Positions 15,375 to 23,096 of a DNA stretch of 55,090 nt are shown here, in pieces; positions within the stretch are counted from its first letter, which is position 1, and every line of letters begins with the position of its first letter. The position numbers were made by a program, and so were the translations under genes. The notes under the pieces were generated by a model that saw only the letters and a list, made by a program, of their open reading frames with translations, had not been told where the DNA came from and did not search any database. Source of the DNA: Bacillales bacterium (lineage in GTDB: Bacteria > Bacillota_I > Bacilli_A > RFN20 > CAG-288); assembly GCA_021621525.1 (NCBI GenBank), contig JAJVUU010000002.1:1-55090 (forward strand). Reading direction: 5' to 3'.

Positions 15375-15943
15375 CTATGCGTGTTGCTTAAAAGGATGAT
15401 GGCAAGATAATATACACCCTTGCAAAATGCCAAGTATGATGTTTGTTCCAAGACCGATGTTGACCATCAGAAGGGCATCGCTGATGACAAGGACAAGGAT
15501 ACCAAAACGGATGAAGGGCTTCTCCTTGATGGAAGAACCGAAAAGAAAGGATATCAGAAAGGCATAGATGAGAAACATGACCATCAAAGGGTTGTTGCTT
15601 CTATCAAAGATGAGGATGACACAAAGAATGAGGACAAAGGAAATCCAGCTGCAATGAAACTATATCTGTTTAGCTTTTCATGCCTTAGGAAATAGACAAG
15701 AATGATGAGGTGGGCTAAGGCAAAGATACCTCCACTTGCGATGAAACTATAGTTGATGGTGATGTCAGCTGACATGAAGAGAGACATCAGCATCAAGAGG
15801 ATGATGCTATATGGATTTCTGTATTTATATAAGCTGATAAGAGAAAGAAGAAAGGAAATACCGATTCCTGCCTTGAACAAGGTACATAGAGGTTCGGACT
15901 TTCCACATTGAGGTGAAAGACAACTTACAATCCGGCACAGCAA
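15375..15943 (-). pseudogene. YhhN-family (lysoplasmalogenase-like) membrane protein split into two ORFs
   Basis: The 119-aa ORF carries LFMSAD..F..GGIFALAHLIILVYF and the 70-aa ORF carries VLVISDALL. Together these are the two YhhN signature blocks. The ORFs overlap by 4 nt (TTGA) at a CCCTTTG run, which indicates either a frameshift or a sequencing error. Confidence 0.4.
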
Positions 15944-16039
15944 AGGATAATCAAAGATGTAAACAGGATTCCAATAATCGTTTCTTTCTCGTGTATGATT
16001 TTTATGGCGATTCCTGTCATTACTTGAAATTGTTTTATG

Positions 16040-17029
16040 CTAGATACATTTCACAAAGTAATCAAAGCTATCGTCAAGGAACTCCTGTATCTTAAGACGG
16101 ACTTCCTCATTTAGATGAGATACTCTTCCTTGATTCATGACATAGGGATCGATATATCTCTTCTTGGAAGGAATCTTGAATGAGTACGGACTTGTCGGAA
16201 ATGCTTCTTTTGTGACGTGTCTCAGATTTCTAAACGATAGAAAGTCTTTCTTTGTCTCTTCATCCTGCAGCAGCTTATCTATCAATTCTTTCTCCGTGAG
16301 ATAGAGATCATTCATGGAGATGACGTTTCTGTCGATGGCCTTTTTTAGGACCCTGCTTAGATATTCCATTCCATATCTGTCTTCGTCAGTGACATAGACA
16401 TGGGAATTCTTCAAGGTGAGAAGAGCAAATTTCTTGGCCAAGGAGAGGCTTTGGAAGCAAAGTTCTTCTTCCTTGTCTTCGTTTAGGGATACTTCGATGT
16501 CCTGATAGATTTCTCTTAGTTCCTCTATGGAAGCAAAACCATAGTGATATAAATTTGAAAGGGTATATTCAAGCCTGTCACTGGAAAGCTTGGGAGAATC
16601 ATTGTCACAGATGGGATATCTGTGATAATCATTTACATCAAAGGTGCAAAGCCCTAGTCTTTTCAGGTTTTCCTGAATCTTATTGGAATTCTCGATGATT
16701 CTTGTCGTCTCTTCCTCGGTAGCTTCCTGACGGACATAATCCTTTTTCAGAAAGTCGATGACATGGGCAAAGCATGGTGTGGCGATGTCATGGAAAAGAG
16801 ACGCGAGAGACTGCCTTGTATCTTTGCTGAAGTGATAGGTTATCAAGGCGGTGTTCAGGCAGTGTGTGAATCTGGAATACTCCTTGAGATCCTTGTAGAA
16901 AGGAAAAGAAGTATATTCCATTCCACAGTGCATGCCGACATCCTTCAGTCTTGTCATCTCCCTGGCTTCTAAAAAAGGAAGAAGAAAAGAAGGCACCTCA
17001 TTGTGGTAAATTGTAGTAAGAGGGTTCAT
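16040..17029 (-). CDS. HD-domain metal-dependent phosphohydrolase
   Basis: H...HD signature (MHCGMEY ... SLFHDIATPCFAH). The start MNPLTT at 17029 overlaps the stop of the upstream Fur-family gene as ATGA. Confidence 0.7.
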   Translation of the reverse strand: MNPLTTIYHNEVPSFLLPFLEAREMTRLKDVGMHCGMEYTSFPFYKDLKEYSRFTHCLNTALITYHFSKDTRQSLASLFHDIATPCFAHVIDFLKKDYVRQEATEEETTRIIENSNKIQENLKRLGLCTFDVNDYHRYPICDNDSPKLSSDRLEYTLSNLYHYGFASIEELREIYQDIEVSLNEDKEEELCFQSLSLAKKFALLTLKNSHVYVTDEDRYGMEYLSRVLKKAIDRNVISMNDLYLTEKELIDKLLQDEETKKDFLSFRNLRHVTKEAFPTSPYSFKIPSKKRYIDPYVMNQGRVSHLNEEVRLKIQEFLDDSFDYFVKCI

Positions 17030-17436
17030 TTGTCTTTCTCCTGACATTCCTTGCAGATGCCATATAGCTCGATGTTCTGGTCATTGAGATGGAATCCGGT
17101 CGCCTTCTCTATCTTTTCGTTGACCTCTTCGAAAGGACAGAAGTCCAAAGGAATCCTCTTATGGCATTTCAGACAGACCAGGATGTGGGAATCCTCTTCT
17201 TTGACAAGAGAATAGACGTTCTCCTTCTTCTCATTGACTTCCTTTAGGACGAGACCGCTTTTTTCAAAAGCCTGCATGGTCCTGTAGATGGTGGACAGAT
17301 CGATGCTTCCTTTTTCAAAGTGGAAGAACAGCTCCTCGACGCTGCAGGGATGGTCGATCTCTTGTAAGGCTGAAAGAATCCGCTGTCGGTTCCTTGTCTT
17401 TTTGAGATGATATTTTTCAAATGCGTTTTCGTTCAT
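17026..17436 (-). CDS. Fur-family metalloregulator, Zur by genomic context
   Basis: Winged-helix N-terminus (RNRQRILSAL.. STIYRTMQAFEKSGLV) plus CLKCHK...CKEC structural Zn site. It is divergent from the Zn ABC operon and shares a 10-1-10 palindrome with it. Confidence 0.8.
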   Translation of the reverse strand: MNENAFEKYHLKKTRNRQRILSALQEIDHPCSVEELFFHFEKGSIDLSTIYRTMQAFEKSGLVLKEVNEKKENVYSLVKEEDSHILVCLKCHKRIPLDFCPFEEVNEKIEKATGFHLNDQNIELYGICKECQEKDK

Positions 17437-17494
17437 ATGAGGGTATTTTGAACTTTTTTGCTTGCAGTTTCAAGATGAAATGTGTATATTTCTC

Positions 17495-17515
17495 AAATGC
17501 AAATCATTTGCATTT
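17495..17515. promoter_or_regulatory. Fur/Zur-box-like perfect 10-1-10 palindrome overlapping the predicted znu promoter start site
   Basis: AAATGCAAAT-C-ATTTGCATTT. Candidate promoter TTGCAG(17462)-N17-TATATT(17485) lies just upstream. The site is 6 nt before the lipoprotein ATG. Confidence 0.6.
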
Positions 17516-17521
17516 ACATAT

Positions 17522-18391
17522 ATGAAAAAGAAATCTATTATATCCGTCCTTCTTCTATCGATATCTCTTTCTGTCACATCCTGTCAAAGTGAAAAGAACC
17601 AGAATGTCATCTACACCTCTTTCTTTGCCATAGAGGACCTTGTAAGGAGGATCGTCGGTGACAAGTATGAAGTGAGAAGCCTCACCCCATACGGCAATGA
17701 ACCTCATGAGTATGAGCCCAAAGCCAAGGATGTCATCGCCATGTATGATGCCAAGGCCATCTTCTTCAATGGCCTATCCTTGGAAGGATACTATGATTCC
17801 CTCCCAGACAAGATGAAGGAAAAGACGGTCCTTCTTGATAAGGGAATCACGCCGATGACCATCGATAAGACAATAGACCCCCATATCTGGCTTTCCATAG
17901 ACAATGCCATGAAGGAGATGGAAACCATCCTGTCGACTATGAAGGCCATCGATTCTGTAAATGCTGCCTATTATGAGAAGAACTATGAAGCGGCAAAGGG
18001 TGAATTCTCTTCCTTGCAGGAAGAATACAAAGCGAAGTTCTCCAATGTCGGGAAACCCTATCTTCTTGTCTCCCATGCGGCCTTCGGATACCTTTGCCGG
18101 GACTATCATCTGCAGCAGGTCTATGTCAATGGAATCTCTCCGGACAATGAACCGACGCCAAAGGCGCTGGAAAACATCATTGCCCTGGTCAGGCAATATG
18201 ATGTGAAGGTCATCTTCAATGAGGAGCTTGCCTCGGATGATGTCTCTTCCTTGATAGCCAAGGAGACCGGATGCAGGATGGATGTCCTAAGGACTCTGGA
18301 AGGGATTGAAAAAGACGAGGAAGGGAAGGAAGACTATCTTTCGTTGATGAGAAAGAATCTTGAAAAGATATACGAGGCAACCAATGATTGA
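17522..18391 (+). CDS. metal (Zn/Mn) ABC transporter substrate-binding lipoprotein, ZnuA/AdcA/TroA family
   Basis: MKKKSIISVLLLSISLSVTSC lipobox. Family blocks EPHEYEP, DPHIWLS and SHAAFGYL are present. Confidence 0.8.
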   Translation: MKKKSIISVLLLSISLSVTSCQSEKNQNVIYTSFFAIEDLVRRIVGDKYEVRSLTPYGNEPHEYEPKAKDVIAMYDAKAIFFNGLSLEGYYDSLPDKMKEKTVLLDKGITPMTIDKTIDPHIWLSIDNAMKEMETILSTMKAIDSVNAAYYEKNYEAAKGEFSSLQEEYKAKFSNVGKPYLLVSHAAFGYLCRDYHLQQVYVNGISPDNEPTPKALENIIALVRQYDVKVIFNEELASDDVSSLIAKETGCRMDVLRTLEGIEKDEEGKEDYLSLMRKNLEKIYEATND

Positions 18392-19043
18392 TTTTGAACA
18401 TGTCAGTTTCTCCTATGAGGATGGAGACATCCTCAAGGATGTCAGCTTCCATCTTGACGATGGACGGTTTGTCGGCATCCTTGGACCCAATGGTGGAGGG
18501 AAATCCACCTTTTTAAGGCTTTGCCTAGGTCTTTTGAAGCCAAAGAGCGGAACCATCCAGAGGAAGGAAAGAAAGATATCCTATATCGCACAGACCACAT
18601 CTTTGGGAGATTCCTCCTTCCCGGCAACGGTGGAGGAAATCATCTCCTTGGGCCTGGCTGGGAAAGGAATCGACTTTCACTTCAGAAGAAGGAAGGAGAA
18701 CGTTGAAGAAATGATGGAACTCTTCCATCTGACACCTCTTCGCAGAAGGCTTGTCAACGAGCTGTCCGGAGGACAGCAGCAGAAGGTCAAGATTGCCAAG
18801 GCCCTGATTTCGGAGCCTTCCCTTCTTGTACTGGATGAACCGGATGCCGGAATGGATGAAAATGCCCATCATGAACTTGTGGACATCATCAACAGGCTTC
18901 ATGAGAAAAAGACCGGAATCCTCTTTGTCTCTCATCATCCCCATGACTTGGAGAAAGCAGATTTCATCTACTTCATCGAAGGAGGAAAGATCCTGACCTA
19001 TGAGCAGGAACTTGAAAGGGGGCATCATCATGTTGACCTATAG
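18384..19043 (+). CDS. metal ABC transporter ATP-binding protein (ZnuC-like)
   Basis: Walker A GPNGGGKST, signature LSGGQQQK and Walker B LLVLDEP. It overlaps the upstream gene by 8 nt. Confidence 0.85.
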   Translation: MIDFEHVSFSYEDGDILKDVSFHLDDGRFVGILGPNGGGKSTFLRLCLGLLKPKSGTIQRKERKISYIAQTTSLGDSSFPATVEEIISLGLAGKGIDFHFRRRKENVEEMMELFHLTPLRRRLVNELSGGQQQKVKIAKALISEPSLLVLDEPDAGMDENAHHELVDIINRLHEKKTGILFVSHHPHDLEKADFIYFIEGGKILTYEQELERGHHHVDL

Positions 19044-19842
19044 CTTCATGAGGATAGCCTTCTTAGTTTGTATCTTCCTAGGTGTATCGATACCTCTTTT
19101 GGGAAGTTCGGCAGTCTATAAGAGACTATCTTCTTCCGGAGATGCCTTAGCCCATTCATCTTTGGCTGGCGTTGCCATCGGTCTGGCAAGCGGACTCAAT
19201 CCGCTTTGGATTTCAATCCTATGCTGCATCGTTTCCTTTCTCATCATCGAAGTGCTGAGAAAGAAGTTCAATAAGTACTCCGAACTCGGTGTCTCGGTCG
19301 TTTTGTCTGCCTCCATCGGCATTGCCGGCATTCTTTCAAGCTTCACCAAGGCCAGCAATTTCGATTCCTATCTCTTCGGAAGCATCCTTCTGATATCCGA
19401 TACGGAATTCATCATCACCCTTGTCCTCTTTGTCATATCCATCGCCTTCTCCTTTGTCTTCTATCCCCAGATCTTTGCAACCTTGTACAGTGAAAACGAA
19501 AGCAGGGTGTCTTCCATCAACGTCGGACTGCTCACCTTCTTCTCGGATCTCCTTCTTTCCATCTGTATCGCCATCGGAAGCAAGGTCGTCGGTTCTCTTG
19601 TCGTCTCAAGCCTGGTCGTCCTTCCTACCGCCATCGCCCTTCAGTTCAAGAAAGGATATAAGGTGACTTTGATCATATCTCTTGCAGCTTCTCTTCTTTC
19701 CATGCTTCTTGGCCTTACCATCGCCTACTATGCTGACTTGAAGCCTGGTGCCACCATCGTCTCTTTCTCTGTCTGTCTCCTTCTTCTTTCCATGGGCTAT
19801 ATGAAAACCAAGAGCCTGATAAGGAAACATCGTCATAACTGA
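19030..19842 (+). CDS. metal ABC transporter permease (ZnuB-like)
   Basis: Polytopic ABC-3 family membrane protein whose start overlaps the znuC end. Confidence 0.8.
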   Translation: MLTYSFMRIAFLVCIFLGVSIPLLGSSAVYKRLSSSGDALAHSSLAGVAIGLASGLNPLWISILCCIVSFLIIEVLRKKFNKYSELGVSVVLSASIGIAGILSSFTKASNFDSYLFGSILLISDTEFIITLVLFVISIAFSFVFYPQIFATLYSENESRVSSINVGLLTFFSDLLLSICIAIGSKVVGSLVVSSLVVLPTAIALQFKKGYKVTLIISLAASLLSMLLGLTIAYYADLKPGATIVSFSVCLLLLSMGYMKTKSLIRKHRHN

Positions 19843-19902
19843 AACAAGAAATGCCAGCTCCTATCTTTGCTAGGGAACCGGCATTTTTTATGGAACAGAA
19901 AA

Positions 19903-19920
19903 AGCCGGCAAAAGCCGGCT
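19903..19920. terminator. terminator hairpin between convergent genes (U-tract on the minus strand)
   Basis: AGCCGGC-AAAA-GCCGGCT. On the minus strand it is followed by TTTTTCTG, directly after the stop at 19921. Confidence 0.6.
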
Positions 19921-21486
19921 TTAGATAGTCTGTGGTTTTTTGACGGGAAGCTTTCCCAAAAGAGGTCTTTCTTCCTTGTTGACGAATTTCCTTCCGTCGA
20001 TACGGCATAGCCTCTGACAGGCATGCTTGCCGGAGATGAGGGCGATGGGAAGACCACCCGGTGGCATGATCCACTGGCCTGCGATGACAAAGGAATGAAG
20101 TCCCTTGATGAGACCAGGCCTCATCAGTCCCTTGGTGAACTTGGTCGTGATGAAGGACATATAGGAACCTTTATAGGCGTTGGTATAGCGCTCATAGGTA
20201 AGCGGCGTCGTGACATCGAGAAGCTGGATTTCGCCATCCTTGAGATGAAGCTTTTCCTTCATGAGCTTTAAGAAGGTATTGCCAAGAGCCATCTTCTGCC
20301 TGCGGTATTCATCCTTAGGCAAGGAAGAAAGGTAGTCATAGACTTCCTCGTTGGCCGGAATAAGGATGGTGAGGAGGGTATCGTCATGGAAGGAAGCCAA
20401 GGATTTGTCGAAGGCAAAGTTGCGGATACCGAAATGGTCGGTTCTCTTTCCGAAGATATCGATCGGATCGATCTTGTAATCCATCATCTTCGGGAAATTG
20501 TTCATGTTGCGCTTGGTCTTGAAGGCAATCATGATGGAAGTGTTGATCGGATTGGCCTTGGCATCACGGAATTGGGATTCAAAGCTTTCATCCTTATATT
20601 TGCCTTCCAGAAGGACGTTCAAGGTATGATAGGCATCGCAGGCAGCGATGACATAGTCAGCCTGGATTTCCTTTCCGTTCTCCAAGATGATTCCCTGGGC
20701 ATTGTCCCTCTTGATGAGAATCTTCTTCACGGGAGCGTTGAGGAAGAGTTTTCCACCCATCCTGGCGAACTTTCTGGCAACCTTCTTCATCAGTTCAAGG
20801 GAACCGCCTTCGACCATGCCGGCATTGTCCTTGCTGACAGCGGCACAGACGTAGAAGAAGGAATGGATGTTGTAGTTCGGCTCCATGAAACGGGTGATGA
20901 TTTCCCCGAGTTCCTTGTTGTGGAAGGTGCTGACATATTCTTCGACGGAGACATGCTTGTAGTGGAGGAAGGGGTAGGCTGCAGGAAGCATCCTGAGTCC
21001 GAAGAGCGTGAATTCGAATGGATTCATGTAATCCAAAGGCTTTTTGCAGGGAACGGAAATGGAATGGTATGCCTTGACGGTGGAGATGAAATTCCTGATG
21101 TTCCTTCGGTCTTCAGGGAAGAAGAAAAGCATCTCCTGCTCAAGCTTCTTCAAATCGCTGTAGAAGGTGAAGATCCTACCATCGTCGAGCATGTATTTGG
21201 TGATATATTCCGTCTTGAAGGTCTTGGCACCATCGTCAAAAAGGCCGATGTGCTGCCAGAGAGGATAGAGCTCGCTTGTAGGATTGGTTCCGACGATCCA
21301 GTGGGCACATCCGTCGATGTACTGCCCCTGTCTCATCCAACCGGTGCATTCTCCTCCGGGAATGGAGTGCTTCTCATAGATTTCGACATCAAAGCCATTG
21401 TCCAGGCAGTATATGCCTGCGGTCAGGCCGGACACACCGGCACCGACGATTATGACTTTCTTCTTGGTTAAATTTGAAATGTTCAT
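19921..21486 (-). CDS. CrtI/phytoene-desaturase-family FAD oxidoreductase, paralog 3
   Basis: MNISNLTKKKVIIVGAGVSGLTAG..IPGGEC and a C-terminal VIAGQWIMPPGGLP. The start at 21486 was chosen because the Rossmann motif follows immediately. No SD is present. TGCGATAAT lies 11 nt upstream. Confidence 0.8.
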   Translation of the reverse strand: MNISNLTKKKVIIVGAGVSGLTAGIYCLDNGFDVEIYEKHSIPGGECTGWMRQGQYIDGCAHWIVGTNPTSELYPLWQHIGLFDDGAKTFKTEYITKYMLDDGRIFTFYSDLKKLEQEMLFFFPEDRRNIRNFISTVKAYHSISVPCKKPLDYMNPFEFTLFGLRMLPAAYPFLHYKHVSVEEYVSTFHNKELGEIITRFMEPNYNIHSFFYVCAAVSKDNAGMVEGGSLELMKKVARKFARMGGKLFLNAPVKKILIKRDNAQGIILENGKEIQADYVIAACDAYHTLNVLLEGKYKDESFESQFRDAKANPINTSIMIAFKTKRNMNNFPKMMDYKIDPIDIFGKRTDHFGIRNFAFDKSLASFHDDTLLTILIPANEEVYDYLSSLPKDEYRRQKMALGNTFLKLMKEKLHLKDGEIQLLDVTTPLTYERYTNAYKGSYMSFITTKFTKGLMRPGLIKGLHSFVIAGQWIMPPGGLPIALISGKHACQRLCRIDGRKFVNKEERPLLGKLPVKKPQTI

Positions 21487-21644
21487 ATGGTGTATATTAT
21501 CGCAAAACCGCTCTTCAATTGATATAGAAAACGTAGGAACGGCATAAATCATGCTTTAAAAGCGCTTAAATTGTCTTGTACAAATGATGGATTGCGTAAA
21601 ATAAATGCACGATTGGTAAAGAGCATGACAAAAGATGACAGGGT

Positions 21645-21672
21645 AAACAAAAACAGGGTCGAAACCCTGTTT
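21645..21672 (-). terminator. intrinsic terminator after bioY
   Basis: Minus strand ACAGGGT-TTCG-ACCCTGT followed by TTTTTGTTT. Confidence 0.65.
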
Positions 21673-22237
21673 AAGCGGCATGTCTTGTGGGAATGGACAA
21701 GGCCTTGTCAAGCGGCTTCCTGAGTTTGAAGGTCACGAGCGTTCCACAGACAATCTTGCATGCGTCTCCAGGAAGGAAGGGAACGACGCAGGCCATCAAG
21801 GCAGCAGCGAAGGCTTTCGGATTTCCATTGACGTTGCAATAGATGAGGTACCAGGCAAGGCCGAAGGCGTAGATGAAGAATGTCGCAAGAATCATGCCGA
21901 GAGGATAAATCCAGAATCTATCTTTCTTCCATGTGATGAGAAGGGATTCGGCGACGATTCCGACGATGTATCCATAGATGAATCCTGCAGTCGGTCCGGC
22001 AAGCGGAGCAAGTCCGGCCTGGAAGCTGGAGAAGACAGGAACACCCATCATACCTATCAATATATATAGGACGACACAGATGGGAGCTCTCTTGACATCA
22101 AGAAGAGCACCGATGATATAGACAGCCAAGGTTGCCAGTGTTATCGGGACAGGTCCTATAGGAATGGAAAGCGGAGCAAGCACACATAACAAGGCAGTGA
22201 ACAGGGCGATGAAGGCAATATTTCTTGTGGTATTCAT
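21671..22237 (-). CDS. bioY: biotin transporter BioY
   Basis: 188 aa. PLSIPIGPVPITLATLAVYIIGALL and GMMGVPVFS..AG...L.GPT.GFIYGY are characteristic BioY blocks. Confidence 0.85.
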   Translation of the reverse strand: MNTTRNIAFIALFTALLCVLAPLSIPIGPVPITLATLAVYIIGALLDVKRAPICVVLYILIGMMGVPVFSSFQAGLAPLAGPTAGFIYGYIVGIVAESLLITWKKDRFWIYPLGMILATFFIYAFGLAWYLIYCNVNGNPKAFAAALMACVVPFLPGDACKIVCGTLVTFKLRKPLDKALSIPTRHAA

Positions 22238-22251
22238 TTGAATGGGTCCTT

Positions 22252-22265
22252 TGTTGTATACAACA
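22252..22265. promoter_or_regulatory. perfect 14-bp palindrome TGTTGTATACAACA just upstream of the bioY SD, a candidate operator
   Basis: Read directly. It lies 14 nt before the bioY ATG and just downstream of a TAAAAT -10-like hexamer on the minus strand. Confidence 0.35.
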
Positions 22266-22394
22266 GATTTATTTTACGCCTTTGAAAGAGGTTTTCCTAG
22301 CAAAATCATCTGGGTCACAAAAGTTCTTCCTGCTGTGATGCAAAGCAAGGTAGTTTTTGCTTGAAGGGTGGTCTTTTTCAAACCTGATGGAAGT

Positions 22395-22850
22395 TCAGTC
22401 TTTTTTTGCATCCGGATGGGAAGAAAGATAGGTTTTTTTGATTTCTTCCGGCATATTGTCAATATCGGTGAGCTTCTCCATGTCGATTTTCCCGTCTTGC
22501 AGGGCAGTTTGATAGTACCATTTCTTGAACTGGATCAGATCGAGGTTCTTCTCCAATTCCTGTATTTGGTTTCTGATCCTTTCCTCGGCCTTGACAAAGA
22601 GGTCATATCTTTCATGGATGGTGGAGTCCCCCTGTTTGCAAAGCTCCATGAAATGGACGATCTCGTTGAGTTGAAGACCTGACTTCTTCAGACATTCGAC
22701 AAGGCGTATGGCATCGATGTTTTCCTTGTTGTAATAACGGATGCCACTCTTCCTTTCGGCATTGATGAGGATTCCTTCCTTCTCGTAATAACGTAAGGTT
22801 GAGATTGGCAAATTGGTAAGCTGGCTGATTTCTCCGATTGTGTATTTCAT
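22395..22850 (-). CDS. MerR-family transcriptional regulator
   Basis: N-terminal HTH YTIGEISQLTNLPISTLRYYEKEGIL followed by a coiled-coil dimerisation helix. Confidence 0.85.
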   Translation of the reverse strand: MKYTIGEISQLTNLPISTLRYYEKEGILINAERKSGIRYYNKENIDAIRLVECLKKSGLQLNEIVHFMELCKQGDSTIHERYDLFVKAEERIRNQIQELEKNLDLIQFKKWYYQTALQDGKIDMEKLTDIDNMPEEIKKTYLSSHPDAKKD

Positions 22851-22877
22851 GATATGATGCTGAAGTTGACTTTAGCT

Positions 22878-22911
22878 ATAGAATTCTATTCATAAGATGT
22901 CAGAAAGGCAA
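22878..22911 (-). promoter_or_regulatory. predicted merR promoter (TTGCCT-N17-TAGAAT) with a 12-bp palindrome ATAGAATTCTAT over the -10
   Basis: -35 at 22906-22911, -10 at 22883-22888 and the palindrome at 22878-22889, all read from the minus strand. Confidence 0.4.
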
Positions 22912-23040
22912 GATGGAATGCAAGCACTTTCAGTCCGTTATGGAAGGATAAAACCTCCTGTTTCTATCTTCAAAGAAAAGAAAACTGAAAGAAAAGAGCC
23001 ATGATTTTAAGAAAAGTTTCTTCCATCAGTCTTCCTATCA

Positions 23041-23070
23041 TTGAACAGGAGAGGATGATTTGGATATAAT
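23041..23070 (+). promoter_or_regulatory. sigma-A type promoter of the large lipoprotein gene
   Basis: TTGAAC-N18-TATAAT, 27 nt upstream of the ATG. A GGAGG SD follows. Confidence 0.5.
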
Positions 23071-23096
23071 ATAGTTCGCTTTTTGGAGGTCTCTCT

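Noticed and set aside
22866-22898. Plus-strand MerR-type promoter (TTGACT at 22866 with a long spacer) driving the lipoprotein gene.
   Set aside because: No acceptable -10 lies at 19-20 bp. The lipoprotein gene has its own canonical TTGAAC-N18-TATAAT promoter at 23041-23070.
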